Positions 20,245 to 30,491 of a stretch of 64,000 nucleotides of DNA are shown one piece after another. Position 1 is the first letter of the stretch, and each line of letters begins with the position of its first letter. This stretch comes from a bacterium (GTDB lineage: Bacteria > Fidelibacterota > UBA2242). A program made the translations under genes and the position numbers. The notes beneath the pieces were generated by a model. It was not told the origin of the DNA, searched no databases, and saw only the letters and a program-made list of their open reading frames with translations. The DNA lies in assembly GCA_018824205.1 (NCBI GenBank), contig JAHJGX010000058.1, positions 54,366 to 118,365 of the forward strand, in the 5' to 3' direction.

Positions 20245-20885
20245 TTGCCCGGGATGGTCTTCGAATCGTGTTGCCGGCCTTCATTCTGGCCTTTGTCTTT
20301 CTCATGGGCGGCTTCTATTTTGAGCAGAACATGCTGACAGCGCTCTTCTGGGTGGTTTTCGTCTTTTTTCTCTTTTCCCTCTGGTTTTTCCGGGATCCTG
20401 AGCGGGAGACCCCGACGGGAGAAAAACTGATTATCTGTCCCGCCGACGGTCAGGTCGTGGAGATTGCGGAGCTGGACGATGATTTCGTGGGTAACGCCCG
20501 ACGGGTTTCCATCTTTATGTCCGTCTTCAGTGTGCACGTCAACCGGATCCCCTTTTCCGGGACCATCGGGACGATAGAACACCGGGACGGCCGCTTTCTT
20601 TCGGCCATGAAACCCGAAGCTTCTTTTGATAATGAACACAATATAATTACATTGGCTAACGGCAACTTTCGGATCAAATTTTCCCAGATCGCGGGTCTGA
20701 TTGCCCGACGTATTATTTGCCGCTTGCAACCCAGTCAGGTGGTGACTGCGGGGGAACGGTTCGGACTGATCATGTTCGGTTCCCGGGTGGATCTGATCCT
20801 GCCGGCCGTGGTGGTCTTGCGGGTCAGCATCGGGGACAAGGTCCGGGCGGCCCAAACTATAATAGGAGAGATCGTATGCGACTGA
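20241..20885 (+). CDS. psd: phosphatidylserine decarboxylase family proenzyme (short archaeal/bacteroidetes type)
   Basis: N-terminal membrane anchor plus the G-S self-cleavage region (FGSRVDL) near the C-terminus. Confidence 0.8.
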   Translation: MIARDGLRIVLPAFILAFVFLMGGFYFEQNMLTALFWVVFVFFLFSLWFFRDPERETPTGEKLIICPADGQVVEIAELDDDFVGNARRVSIFMSVFSVHVNRIPFSGTIGTIEHRDGRFLSAMKPEASFDNEHNIITLANGNFRIKFSQIAGLIARRIICRLQPSQVVTAGERFGLIMFGSRVDLILPAVVVLRVSIGDKVRAAQTIIGEIVCD

Positions 20886-21607
20886 AACGCTCGTTTATTC
20901 CCAGTATATTTACCATATTCAATATGTTTGCCGGTTTTTTAGCCATTTTGCAGATCGTTCAGGGGCACTACATCACCGCCGTGGTCCTGATCCTGGCGGC
21001 CATGGTATTTGATTCCCTGGATGGCAAGGTTGCCCGCTGGCTGCAACAGCAGTCGGATTTCGGTGTGGAATTTGACTCCCTGGCCGATATTATCTCTTTC
21101 TGTTTGGTTCCGTCCCTGATGGTCTATACCCTTTATGTGTCGGATATGGGCATTATGGGGGCGATGATTGGTTTTTTCCCCCTGCTCTTCGGGGGTGTCC
21201 GGCTGGCCCGCTTTAATCTCTCCGCCACCCCTCAAAAAAAGGACTACTTTACCGGACTGCCGGTGCCGGCCATGGCGGCCACCATCGGCTCTTTCGTCTG
21301 GTTTAGTAAAACCGTATTCGGCCACTACGGCGATCCCAAACTGGCCCTTTCCCTGGTCCTGGTGCTCTCCTTTATGATGGTCAGCAATATCCGCTTCAGT
21401 TCAACCTTTCACATTACTTTCCGCAACGGTCCCTTCGGCACCTTTCGGAGCATTTATATCCTTCTATCCTGCATCATTGTGATCATTTTCAGGGGTTATG
21501 CCATTTTTCCGGTTATGAGTATTTTTATCATCACCCACGTTCTAGCCTGGATCGTGGGTTATGAGGAACCCAGGGCCCATTTTTCCATGCGTAGAAAGGA
21601 TAAATAG
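20876..21607 (+). CDS. pssA: CDP-diacylglycerol--serine O-phosphatidyltransferase (CDP-alcohol phosphatidyltransferase family)
   Basis: CDP-OH transferase motif DxxDGxxAR...G...D...D (DSLDGKVARW...FDSLAD). The start was reset to ATG 20876 with AGGAGAG upstream, overlapping psd by 10 nt. The ORF-track start at 20717 is an upstream extension. Confidence 0.85.
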   Translation: MRLKRSFIPSIFTIFNMFAGFLAILQIVQGHYITAVVLILAAMVFDSLDGKVARWLQQQSDFGVEFDSLADIISFCLVPSLMVYTLYVSDMGIMGAMIGFFPLLFGGVRLARFNLSATPQKKDYFTGLPVPAMAATIGSFVWFSKTVFGHYGDPKLALSLVLVLSFMMVSNIRFSSTFHITFRNGPFGTFRSIYILLSCIIVIIFRGYAIFPVMSIFIITHVLAWIVGYEEPRAHFSMRRKDK

Positions 21608-21609
21608 TC

Positions 21610-21867
21610 ATGTGGAAAGCCAAGATTATTGTGACCTATAAACCGGGTATTCTGGATCCTGAAGCCAAAACCATTCAGCATGCCCTGGGCAGCCTGGGTT
21701 ACGGCAATATCCAGGACATCACGGCCGGCCGGTTCTTCGAGCTAAGCCTGGATGCCGGCCTGAGCCAGGCCGCGGCCGAGGCCCAGACCCGGGAGATTTG
21801 TGAAAAGATCCTTTCCAACCCGGTGATCCAGAAATACAGTTATGAACTCAGCGAGACAGTCTTATGA
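21610..21867 (+). CDS. purS: phosphoribosylformylglycinamidine synthase subunit PurS
   Basis: 85 aa PurS fold sequence directly upstream of purQ. Confidence 0.9.
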   Translation: MWKAKIIVTYKPGILDPEAKTIQHALGSLGYGNIQDITAGRFFELSLDAGLSQAAAEAQTREICEKILSNPVIQKYSYELSETVL

Positions 21868-22550
21868 AATTTGGGATTGTGGTTTTTCCGGGATCCAATT
21901 GCGATCACGATACCTATCATGTGATCCGAAAAGTGTTGGGTGCCGACGTGTTCTATATCTGGCACAAAGAGACCTCCCTGCGCCTCTTCGATGCCATTAT
22001 CCTGCCCGGCGGTTTCAGCTACGGTGATTACCTGCGGGTCGGAGCCGTGGCCCGGTTTTCTCCGGTCATGAAAGAGATTGTACAGTATGCTAAAGAGGGC
22101 GGACCGGTGCTGGGTATCTGCAACGGTTTTCAGATTTTGTTGGAAAGCGGACTCCTGCCAGGGGCCCTGATTCCCAATGAGAAGATGCGCTTTCTCTGCC
22201 AGGATGTGCACCTGAAAGTAACCAATCATGCAACCCGGTACAGCAAGCAGTATACCGAGGGACAGATACTGCGCATGCCGATTGCCCATTACAGCGGCAA
22301 CTATTTTGCCGATGATGATACCCTGAAACGCTTGCAGGACCAGGAGCGGATTGCCCTGCAGTACTGTGATGCCGAGGGGAATGTCACGGCGGCGGCCAAC
22401 CCCAATGGGTCCAAACTCAATATTGCGGGAATTTACAACGAATATAAAAATGTTCTGGGAATGATGCCCCATCCGGAACGGGCCGCAGAAGCAGTTCTGG
22501 GTTCCGAAGACGGGCTGGGAATGTTTAAATCCTTACTGGAGAGAAATTGA
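21864..22550 (+). CDS. purQ: phosphoribosylformylglycinamidine synthase glutaminase subunit PurQ
   Basis: Class I glutamine amidotransferase with catalytic Cys (GICNGFQ) and His near the C-terminus. Confidence 0.9.
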   Translation: MKFGIVVFPGSNCDHDTYHVIRKVLGADVFYIWHKETSLRLFDAIILPGGFSYGDYLRVGAVARFSPVMKEIVQYAKEGGPVLGICNGFQILLESGLLPGALIPNEKMRFLCQDVHLKVTNHATRYSKQYTEGQILRMPIAHYSGNYFADDDTLKRLQDQERIALQYCDAEGNVTAAANPNGSKLNIAGIYNEYKNVLGMMPHPERAAEAVLGSEDGLGMFKSLLERN

Positions 22551-22551
22551 G

Positions 22552-22827
22552 ATGGAGAAGAATCCCAAGAATCGTTCATTAATCATGGTAATTGGCGTCC
22601 TGATTCTGGGTGCCATGCTGGGCTCCCTGATGGGTGAGGTGCTGAAGATGGCCATGCCCGACGGGGTGGTCAAAGAGGTTTTTCTGCGCTCGGTCAACCT
22701 GATGATCGGTCCCGGTGTCGTGGATATGCTCATGTTTTCCGTGACCATCGGCTTTTCCCTGAGTTTAAACCTGGTCGGTATCCTGGGGATGGTGGGCGCG
22801 TATTACGTGTTGCGGTTTTGGAGATAA
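22552..22827 (+). CDS. DUF4321-like small membrane protein
   Basis: 91 aa with two TM segments and a glycine-rich hydrophobic core. Confidence 0.45.
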   Translation: MEKNPKNRSLIMVIGVLILGAMLGSLMGEVLKMAMPDGVVKEVFLRSVNLMIGPGVVDMLMFSVTIGFSLSLNLVGILGMVGAYYVLRFWR

Positions 22828-22854
22828 TACAAGTAAAATAGTGAAGGAGTTTGT

Positions 22855-23079
22855 ATGGGTAGCCTTGGTGCTGGCGAAATTATTTTAATCCTGGTGGTAT
22901 TCCTGTTGCTCTTCGGAGCCAAGCGGCTTCCGGATTTTGCCAAGAGTCTGGGTAAGAGTCTGCGGGAGTTTAAAAAAGCGACTAAAGAGATCTCCGATGA
23001 GATCGAAGATGCGGCCGGTCCGACAGATATTGGATCGCAAACAGCCCCGAAAAAAACCAGTAAAAAACCGAAGGCCTAG
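22855..23079 (+). CDS. tatA: twin-arginine translocase TatA/E family protein
   Basis: N-terminal TM helix followed by the conserved FG hinge and an amphipathic helix (LLLFGAKRLPDFAKSLGKSLREFKKA). Confidence 0.8.
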   Translation: MGSLGAGEIILILVVFLLLFGAKRLPDFAKSLGKSLREFKKATKEISDEIEDAAGPTDIGSQTAPKKTSKKPKA

Positions 23080-23311
23080 AGTTCAGGTCCCGAATACCGG
23101 CGCGGTCAAGAGCTTGTGGAAACGGGTACCCTGTATCAGCGTTTGGAGGAAGATCAGGATTCCCTCCATACCGGTTGAATTGCACAAGATCTATTCAGCC
23201 GCTGTCTATAGGAAGACGAGCGCTGGGCGGCGACGATGGAGCGGAAACAATTTCAGGCCTTGGGCATTAGATAGAACGACATTTTTTTAAGATTGAGATC
23301 GTAGGTTTATA

Positions 23312-24304
23312 ATGTGGTATTTTGCCGACTGGGGATATATGCTACTGCTGCTCCTGATACCGGGACTCTGGTTCTGGTACCGACGCCGTGGTCAAAGGCG
23401 GGAAGCGACCATCCGCTACTCCTCCATTCGGGGGATCAAAGCGTTGGCGGGTCAGCGGCAGGGCTGGAAGGCGGAGCTGCTTTTTGCTCTGAAACTGGCG
23501 GCCCTGGCACTGCTGTTTCTGGCCCTGGCCCGGCCACAGAAGGGGGACACGGTCCGGGAATTCAGCACCGAGGGTATTGATATCATGATGGTCCTGGACA
23601 TCTCCAGCTCCATGCGGGCCGTGGATTTCCAACCCAACCGCCTGGAAGCCGCCAAAACCGTGGCCCGGGAGTTCATTGAAGGCCGACAGGCCGACCGAAT
23701 CGGACTGGTGGTGTTTGCCGCCGAAAGTTTTTTGCAGTGCCCTCTGACGATTGATTACGATGTGTTGAAACAGTTGCTGGATCAGGTGGATATCATCGAA
23801 GAAAAATATGACGGCACAGCCATCGGCATGGCGATTGCCAACGGGGTCAACCGGCTCCGGGAGAGCCAAGCCAGGAGCAAAATTATAATTCTCTTGTCCG
23901 ACGGCCGTAACAATGCCGGTGAACTGGACCCCGAGACCGCGGCCGGAATGGCCCAGTCCTTTGGAATTAAGATTTACACTATCGGGGCCGGCAAACTGGG
24001 GCAGGCCCCCTACCCGGTGCAAGTCCCCAGCGGCCGGATCCAGTATCGCCTGATTGACGTGGAGATCGATGAGCCCGTGCTCCAGGGTATTGCCAGGAGC
24101 ACGGGCGGCCGCTACTTCCGGGCCACCGATGAGGCCCACCTCTCCTCGATCTATGAGGAGATCAGCAAAATGGAAAAAACCGAAGTTCGGGTGAAAGAGT
24201 ACGTCAACTATCACGATCTCTATCCCGTATTTCTCCTGCCTGGTTTTCTGCTGATCGTGTTGACGATCCTGCTGGAGCTGGCCGTCTGGAGGCGCTTTCC
24301 CTGA
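23312..24304 (+). CDS. batA: BatA-like aerotolerance protein (N-terminal TM + vWA domain)
   Basis: vWA MIDAS motif (DISSSM) and TM anchors. First gene of a five-gene bat-like operon. Confidence 0.8.
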   Translation: MWYFADWGYMLLLLLIPGLWFWYRRRGQRREATIRYSSIRGIKALAGQRQGWKAELLFALKLAALALLFLALARPQKGDTVREFSTEGIDIMMVLDISSSMRAVDFQPNRLEAAKTVAREFIEGRQADRIGLVVFAAESFLQCPLTIDYDVLKQLLDQVDIIEEKYDGTAIGMAIANGVNRLRESQARSKIIILLSDGRNNAGELDPETAAGMAQSFGIKIYTIGAGKLGQAPYPVQVPSGRIQYRLIDVEIDEPVLQGIARSTGGRYFRATDEAHLSSIYEEISKMEKTEVRVKEYVNYHDLYPVFLLPGFLLIVLTILLELAVWRRFP

Positions 24305-25326
24305 TGGTTAAATTTTCCTATCTCGGGCTGATCTGGTTTCTGCTCTTAATCCCCCTGGTCTGGGGCATCCATTGGCGTTTCCGCCACGCCCAGAAACAGG
24401 CACTGAGGGAATTCGGGGGGGCCGAGCTCTACCCCAAACTGCTGGAAAATACGCAACTTCAGCGGGTGCGCCGCAAACAGCAATTGCGGCTGTTGGCCCT
24501 CGCCCTGATCGGTCTGGCCCTGATCGGGCCGAAAATGGGCCGTAAACTAATGGAGGTCAAGCGCAAGGGCATCGATATTATCATCGCCTTCGATACATCC
24601 GTCAGCATGAATGCCGAGGATGTGAAACCCAACCGCCTTATGCGGGCCAAGTACGAAACCGGTAAGTTTATCAACCTCCTGCGGGGCGACCGGGTGGGGC
24701 TGGTGGCCTTTGCGGGGATCAGCTACCTGCAATGCCCCCTGACCCTGGATTACAGTGCTGCGAAACTCTTTCTCGATGTCATCGATACCGGTGTCATCGG
24801 CACCCAGGGAACGGCCATTGCCGATGCTCTGGAAACCAGCCTGAACGCTTTTAAATCCAAGGAGAAGAAACATAAGGTTATCATCGTTATTTCCGACGGG
24901 GAAGACCATGAGGGGGATTTGGAATCCGTGATGGAACGGGTGAAGGACGAAGGGACCATTATCTACTCCGTTGGGGTGGGCAGCCTGACCGGTTCAACGA
25001 TTCCCATGGTGAATGCCAAGAGCGGCGAATTTGAATACAAACGGGACCGGGCCAACCGGGTGGTGACCACTGCCCTGAAAGAGGCGACGCTGCGGGAAAT
25101 TGCGTCCCTTTCCGGGGGTAAATATTATAATCTCGGCGCCGATGCCGATGTGTTTAGCAAGATTTACACTGAAATTCTACAGATGGAGCAGAAGGATATC
25201 CGCTCCCATGAATATAGCGACTACCAGGAGCGCTACCAGCTGATCCTGGCTCTGGGCATCGGGCTCTTTCTGATCAGCTTACTCCTGTCAGAAAAGGGCC
25301 GGCCTGCGACCGAAACGGATGATTAA
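24304..25326 (+). CDS. batB: BatB-like aerotolerance protein (vWA domain)
   Basis: Second vWA protein (DTSVSM MIDAS) with TM anchors. Translationally coupled to batA. Confidence 0.8.
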   Translation: MVKFSYLGLIWFLLLIPLVWGIHWRFRHAQKQALREFGGAELYPKLLENTQLQRVRRKQQLRLLALALIGLALIGPKMGRKLMEVKRKGIDIIIAFDTSVSMNAEDVKPNRLMRAKYETGKFINLLRGDRVGLVAFAGISYLQCPLTLDYSAAKLFLDVIDTGVIGTQGTAIADALETSLNAFKSKEKKHKVIIVISDGEDHEGDLESVMERVKDEGTIIYSVGVGSLTGSTIPMVNAKSGEFEYKRDRANRVVTTALKEATLREIASLSGGKYYNLGADADVFSKIYTEILQMEQKDIRSHEYSDYQERYQLILALGIGLFLISLLLSEKGRPATETDD

Positions 25327-26031
25327 ATGAAGCATTTATTTGGATATACCCTGCTGATCATGCTGCTGGGACTGCCGGCCCTGGCCGGGGATGAGGCCCA
25401 GCGGCTCTATGACAGCGCACAGTATGAAAACGCGATCCGCAAGTACGACCGTATTCTCAGTGAACATCCCGACTGGGAAGAAGCCCATTTCGGGCGGGGC
25501 GCCGCACTCTATAAAGCGGAACAGATCAACGAGGCCATGCGGGAATTTGAACTGGCGATTCCCAGCAAGAATCCCCGGCAGAAATCCGCCGCCTTTTACA
25601 ACCTGGGCAACGCCTTACTGAAATCCCAGCGCCTGGAGGAGAGCCTGCGCTTCTACAAACGGGCCCTGGAACTGAACTCCCGGGATTACGATGCCAAACA
25701 CAATTTTGAGCTGGCCCGCCAGATGCTGCAACAGGAGCAAGAGCAACAGCAGCAGAATCAGGATCAGCAGAACCAGGAACAACAGGAACAGCAACAGCAA
25801 CAGCAACAGAATCAGCCTGGTCAGCAGAATCAGCAACCCGAACAGAAACAAGAGCAGCAGAAGCAGGAATCCCAGCCTCAGCAGCAGCCCCAGCAACAGA
25901 AACGGGAACAGGAGAAGAGCCAGAAGGAGGCGGCCCAGGTGCTGGATGCGCTGAAGGACACCGAGAAGAAAATGATGCAGGAACGCATGAAAACCAAATA
26001 TTCCGGCATGAAAAAAGAAAAAGATTGGTAA
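25327..26031 (+). CDS. batC: BatC-like TPR-repeat protein with a Q/E-rich low-complexity C-terminal segment
   Basis: Signal peptide and TPR repeats, followed by about 60 aa of poly-Q/E (QQEQEQQQQNQDQQNQEQQEQQQQQQQNQ...). Confidence 0.7.
   Translation: MKHLFGYTLLIMLLGLPALAGDEAQRLYDSAQYENAIRKYDRILSEHPDWEEAHFGRGAALYKAEQINEAMREFELAIPSKNPRQKSAAFYNLGNALLKSQRLEESLRFYKRALELNSRDYDAKHNFELARQMLQQEQEQQQQNQDQQNQEQQEQQQQQQQNQPGQQNQQPEQKQEQQKQESQPQQQPQQQKREQEKSQKEAAQVLDALKDTEKKMMQERMKTKYSGMKKEKDW
25727..25905 (+). repeat. imperfect CAG/CAA/GAA-rich coding repeat encoding the poly-Q/E tract of BatC
   Basis: cagcagcagaatcaggatcagcagaaccaggaacaacaggaacagcaacagcaacagcaacag... Confidence 0.7.
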
Positions 26032-27887
26032 ATTATCGGCTTATGAGACCAATGCTCACCAGGATTATCCTCTTCCTGTTCATACTCAGCGCCGGGCTGA
26101 GAGCCAAAGATATAACGGTCTCGGCGTCGGTGGACCGCCAGCGGATCGATCTGGATGAGGTGATCAGCTTTATGGTAAGCATCGAGGGCACCAGCGACTT
26201 TCCCGATGTCGCCCCGCCCCGGAGCGACGGATTCGTGATTATTTCAGGGCCTTCCCAGTCCAGCAGTATTCAGATCGTGAACGGGGCCATGTCGGCTTCG
26301 AAAACCATTCAGTGGCGCTTGGCGCCTACCCGGACCGGCGCACAGACGATTCAGGCGATTGACATTAAGTTCGGCCGGAAAACCTATAGTACCCAAGCCA
26401 TTACCGTGACCGTGAACGTAGCGCAGTCTCCGGCGGTAGCAACTACCCGCCCGCCAACCCCGGGTCCGGTACCGGGATCCCCGCCCGCCCGCTCTGTCAG
26501 CAGCCTTTCGGATGGACTCTTTCTGAAAGCCGAGGTGCCCAAGACCACGGTGTACAAGGGCGAGGAACTGCCGGTCTCCTTTACCCTCTATTTTCAAAAC
26601 GTGCGCAATTACGCGCCCCAGAAACTGCCCGACGCCAAGGGCTTCTGGACCGAACTCTTTCCCGAAAAGCGCAATCCCAGCGTCAGCACCGAGACGATCA
26701 ACGGTGTCGCCTATAAAAAGGCGACCCTGCGCCGCCTGGCTCTCTTTCCCACCACCACCGGCGACCTGACGATTGATCCCATGCAGATCAGCTGCGAGGT
26801 ACCGGCACCCAGTCAGCGCCGCCGTTCGGTCTTTGATGATTTTTTCGACGACTCCTTTTTTAGCGATCCCTTTTCCGGCACTAAAACGGTCCAGATTCAG
26901 TCTGAACCCCTGAAAATCCGGGTCCGGGAACTCCCCGGCACCGGTCAGCCCGCCGGCTTCAGCGGCGCCGTGGGCAACTACGTGATCGAGAGCAGTATCG
27001 ATACCCTGCAGACCCGCCAGAACCAGGCCCTGACCCTGCGTTACAGCATTTCCGGCAGCGGTAACATCAACTCCGTCAAACTGCCACCCCTGGAACTGCC
27101 ATCGAACGTGGAAATATTTGAGCCGAAAGTCGAACGGCGGGTTAATAACCAGGGCAAATCCATCCGGGGCAGTGTCACGTATGAGTACGTACTGATCCCC
27201 CGGACCAGCGGCCGTCTGCGCATTCCGGCGCTGAATTTTGTTTTTTTCGATCCCGCCGGTGGCCGCTATCAGACCAGCACGGCCCAGGGCTACGCGGTCA
27301 ATGTCAATGCGGTGGATCAGGCGGACTTCGCTTCCAGTGCGGGCTTTCGCAAAGAGGAGATTTCCCTCCTGGGCAGCGATATCCGCTTTATCAACCGGGA
27401 CGATCCCCATTGGCGCCCCATCGGTTCCTCGGTGTTTAAACGCGTCTGGTTCTGGTTATTCAATCTGATTGCCCTCGGTTTGGTGGCCGGCAGCAGCGGT
27501 TTTCGCTGGTGGCTGGAAAAGATGGCCGGCAACAGCCTGTTCAGCCGTCGTCGCCGGGCCCTGTCCCGGGCCCAGCAGCTGCTGAAAGAAATCCAGACTG
27601 AACTCGGTCAGGAGCAAACCGATGCTGTTTGTGGAAAACTAGACCGCAGTCTCAGGGGCTTCATTTCCGACCGATTGGGCTTGGCCCCATCGGGCCTGGG
27701 CCCCCGGGAGATTCAGGCAGCCTTAGAAAAGCACCGGGTGGATCCCGATCTCAGGGAAATAGTCATAGCCATTCTGAGCGAACTGGAGCAGCTGCGTTTC
27801 CTGCCGGGCAGTCTGGGTCTTGAGGATTTTGAACGTCTGTATGAACGGGTGAATGAACTATTAATGAAACTGATTAAAGTATTATAA
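26025..27887 (+). CDS. batD: BatD-like oxygen-tolerance protein
   Basis: 620 aa with a signal peptide, a large extracytoplasmic region and a TM near residue 470. Sits at the BatD position. Confidence 0.7.
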   Translation: MVNYRLMRPMLTRIILFLFILSAGLRAKDITVSASVDRQRIDLDEVISFMVSIEGTSDFPDVAPPRSDGFVIISGPSQSSSIQIVNGAMSASKTIQWRLAPTRTGAQTIQAIDIKFGRKTYSTQAITVTVNVAQSPAVATTRPPTPGPVPGSPPARSVSSLSDGLFLKAEVPKTTVYKGEELPVSFTLYFQNVRNYAPQKLPDAKGFWTELFPEKRNPSVSTETINGVAYKKATLRRLALFPTTTGDLTIDPMQISCEVPAPSQRRRSVFDDFFDDSFFSDPFSGTKTVQIQSEPLKIRVRELPGTGQPAGFSGAVGNYVIESSIDTLQTRQNQALTLRYSISGSGNINSVKLPPLELPSNVEIFEPKVERRVNNQGKSIRGSVTYEYVLIPRTSGRLRIPALNFVFFDPAGGRYQTSTAQGYAVNVNAVDQADFASSAGFRKEEISLLGSDIRFINRDDPHWRPIGSSVFKRVWFWLFNLIALGLVAGSSGFRWWLEKMAGNSLFSRRRRALSRAQQLLKEIQTELGQEQTDAVCGKLDRSLRGFISDRLGLAPSGLGPREIQAALEKHRVDPDLREIVIAILSELEQLRFLPGSLGLEDFERLYERVNELLMKLIKVL

Positions 27888-27890
27888 ACA

Positions 27891-28655
27891 ATGCAACGAT
27901 TCGAACTTTTTTATATCCTGTTGCTGGCCTTGATACCAGTCCTGCTGCCGGCGCAGGGGGCTGTGGATTTTCATTTTCAGAAGGGCAATGCACTCTACCT
28001 GGAAGAGCAGTATCCCGAGGCGATCCAGGAGTATGAAGCAGTGCTGCACAACGGTCTGGAAAGCGCTGAACTCTACTACAATCTGGGGAACAGCTATTAC
28101 AAAGCCGGCCGTCTGGGCAAGGCTATTCTCAATTATGAACGGGCCTTGAAGCTGCGGCCCAAGGATGACAATATCCGCTTTAACCTGCAGCTGAGCAATT
28201 TGCGGGTCAAGGACCGCATCGATGTGCCCCCGGATTTTTTTCTCTTGCGCTGGAACCGGAATATGGTCCAGGCTCTGACGGTGCGGGGCTGGGCACGGCT
28301 GTTTACCCTGCTCTTGCTGATGACCAGCGGCGTGTTTGCGATCCGCCAGATGCTGAATCTGAACCGATTCCGGAGACTCTGCCGGAGCGGCCTGCTGGCG
28401 CTGGCCATCGCCACGTTCCTGACCCTGTTGCCCCTGCTGCAGCGCTACGGAGTGGAGCACAGCCGGGCCTACGGGATCATTCTGCAGAGCAGCACGAAAA
28501 GTTTGGCCGCCCCTCAGGAGGGCAGTACCGAACTCTTTATTGTACATGAGGGTACCCGGGTCCAGGTTCTGGACTATGACGGGGACTGGAGCAAGATCAA
28601 ACTCATTGACGGCAAACAGGCTTGGGTTCGGAGTAGGGATCTGGAAATAATATAA
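27891..28655 (+). CDS. batE: BatE-like protein (TPR repeats + C-terminal SH3-like domain)
   Basis: TPR repeats (AELYYNLGNSYYKAGRLGKAILNYERALKL), a TM segment, and a C-terminal SH3b-like segment (GTRVQVLDYDGDWSKIKLIDGKQAWV). Confidence 0.7.
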   Translation: MQRFELFYILLLALIPVLLPAQGAVDFHFQKGNALYLEEQYPEAIQEYEAVLHNGLESAELYYNLGNSYYKAGRLGKAILNYERALKLRPKDDNIRFNLQLSNLRVKDRIDVPPDFFLLRWNRNMVQALTVRGWARLFTLLLLMTSGVFAIRQMLNLNRFRRLCRSGLLALAIATFLTLLPLLQRYGVEHSRAYGIILQSSTKSLAAPQEGSTELFIVHEGTRVQVLDYDGDWSKIKLIDGKQAWVRSRDLEII

Positions 28656-28727
28656 GGCAGAAATCCCGGACATATTTTTTAATAATGAAGATAATTTTGT
28701 ATATTTCAGGCAGCTGATAATAGGATT

Positions 28728-29219
28728 ATGAAAAAGCGATTATTCGGAATACTTTGGCTGGCGCTCTGGGCGCCCCTGTGGGCCCAGGAACCGGCGGCGG
28801 TCGTGGAACAGGATGAAAGTTTCGATCCCCTGGACCTCTACGATCCCTCTCTGCCGATCCTGGACGGTTCCATGATTTATGAAATCATCACTGATATCAA
28901 GGAGCCTTCGGTAGCGGACCGGCTGGACCGGGATAGCGCCCGGGTAGTGGAAAAAATGGGCTGGAAGGTGCAGATCTATTCCACCACGGATTTTTATCAG
29001 GCCGACACCCTGTTTCTCAAGGCGGTAGAGGATTTTATCGACCAGGAGCTGGTCAAAGAGTTCAATTCCCCTTACTATAAGATCCGGGTTGGAAACTGCA
29101 GCACCCGGGAACAGGCCGAGGAGTTGCTGGACCGGGCAATTGAATTGAAGTACCGGGAGGCCTGGATTATCCGCACCCCGGTGAAAACGGAAGAGAAGTT
29201 GTTTCTGTATATTTATTAA
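28728..29219 (+). CDS. SPOR domain-containing protein
   Basis: Signal peptide plus a C-terminal SPOR-like segment (WKVQIYSTTDFYQAD...YYKIRVGNCSTREQAEEL). Confidence 0.6.
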   Translation: MKKRLFGILWLALWAPLWAQEPAAVVEQDESFDPLDLYDPSLPILDGSMIYEIITDIKEPSVADRLDRDSARVVEKMGWKVQIYSTTDFYQADTLFLKAVEDFIDQELVKEFNSPYYKIRVGNCSTREQAEELLDRAIELKYREAWIIRTPVKTEEKLFLYIY

Positions 29220-29244
29220 ATCTCAATGAGTTTATGAGGTCACT

Positions 29245-30000
29245 ATGTCAGGTCACTCAAAATGGAGTACCATAAAGCGTAAAAAGGGCGCCGCCGATGC
29301 CAAACGGGGCAAGATATTTACCAAACTGATCCGTGAAATTCAGGTGGCGGCCAAAACCGGCGGCGGCGATGAAAACGCCAATCCCCGGCTGCGGTCTGCC
29401 ATTCAGGCGGCGAAGATTGCCAATATGCCCCTGGTCAACGTGGAAAAAGCGGTGAAAAAAGGGACCGGCGAGCTGGAAGGGGTCGTCTATGATGAGGTCA
29501 TTTATGAGGCCTACGGACCGGGCGGGGTGGCCATATTCATCGAGGCCATGACGGACAATAAAAACCGCACAGTCTCGGAAATCCGGCACATTCTGAGCAA
29601 GGCCGGCGGGAATCTGGCCACCAGCGGCAGCGTGGCCTGGATGTTTGAGAAAAAGGGCATTATCACCGTGGACAAAGGCAGCACCAGCGAGGACGATCTG
29701 CTGCTGATTGCCACCGATGCCGGGGCCAACGATCTGGCGGAAGAAGGCGATATCTACGAGGTGGATATGGACCCCGGGTTTTTTGAGAATGTCAAAGCCG
29801 CTCTGGAAAAGGCCGGGATTGAGCCTCTGGAAGCTTCCATCCAGGCAATTCCTAAAAATGTGGTGAAGGTGGAGGAGGATCTAGCCGCCAAAGTCCTGAA
29901 CCTTATGGATACCCTGGAGGACCACGATGACGTTCAGAATGTCTATGCCAATTTTGACATTGATGATGAGATTATTACTAAACTGCAGGAAGCTGCCTGA
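29245..30000 (+). CDS. yebC: YebC/PmpR family DNA-binding transcriptional regulator
   Basis: N-terminal MSGHSKWSTIKRKKGAADAKRGKIFTKL, highly conserved in YebC. Confidence 0.9.
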   Translation: MSGHSKWSTIKRKKGAADAKRGKIFTKLIREIQVAAKTGGGDENANPRLRSAIQAAKIANMPLVNVEKAVKKGTGELEGVVYDEVIYEAYGPGGVAIFIEAMTDNKNRTVSEIRHILSKAGGNLATSGSVAWMFEKKGIITVDKGSTSEDDLLLIATDAGANDLAEEGDIYEVDMDPGFFENVKAALEKAGIEPLEASIQAIPKNVVKVEEDLAAKVLNLMDTLEDHDDVQNVYANFDIDDEIITKLQEAA

Positions 30001-30488
30001 TGCTCTCTCCGATCAGGGTAATTGGTGTGGATCATGGTCTGCATCACACCGGCTATGGACTCCTGGTTAAAATGAATAAGCAGATCAGCTGTTTGGCCTG
30101 GGGCACGATTGACACATCCCCCAGGATCCCCTTTGCCCAGCGCCTAAAACAGATTTATCACGAGCTGATTGAGGTCATCGGACGCTGGACCCCCGATGTC
30201 ATGGCCGTTGAATCCGCCATCTACGCCCAGAATGTCCGGACCGCCCTGCTCATGGGCCATGCCCGGGGTGCGGCCCTGCTGGCGGCGGCCAATTCGGACC
30301 TGGAAATTTTTGAATATTCCCCGAAAAAGATCAAATCCGCAGTGGTGGGCAACGGGGCCGCCACCAAGGAGCAGGTGCGCTTCATGATCACCCGGATACT
30401 GAATCTGCGGGAAACGGATATCCCCTTTGACGCGTCCGATGCCCTGGCCGTGGGCATCTGCCACCTGAACCAATTGCAACTGAGGTAG
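30000..30488 (+). CDS. ruvC: crossover junction endodeoxyribonuclease RuvC
   Basis: RNase H-like fold with catalytic D (IGVDHG), E and D residues. Located in yebC-ruvC-ruvA synteny. Confidence 0.85.
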   Translation: MLSPIRVIGVDHGLHHTGYGLLVKMNKQISCLAWGTIDTSPRIPFAQRLKQIYHELIEVIGRWTPDVMAVESAIYAQNVRTALLMGHARGAALLAAANSDLEIFEYSPKKIKSAVVGNGAATKEQVRFMITRILNLRETDIPFDASDALAVGICHLNQLQLR

Positions 30489-30491
30489 ACC

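Noticed and set aside
22937-23290. 117-aa basic ORF overlapping tatA and the tatA-batA spacer. An ncRNA was also considered in the 230-bp spacer 23080-23311.
   Set aside because: The ORF is in an alternative frame of tatA, with Arg/Lys-rich nonsense. The spacer shows only a short imperfect hairpin (tggagg…cctcca) and no convincing conserved structure that can be judged by eye.
25727-25905. The Q/E-rich tract considered as a CRISPR-like or mobile repeat array
   Set aside because: It is an imperfect in-frame codon repeat inside batC, with no spacer/repeat periodicity. No CRISPR arrays, rRNA or tRNA genes were detected anywhere in the window.
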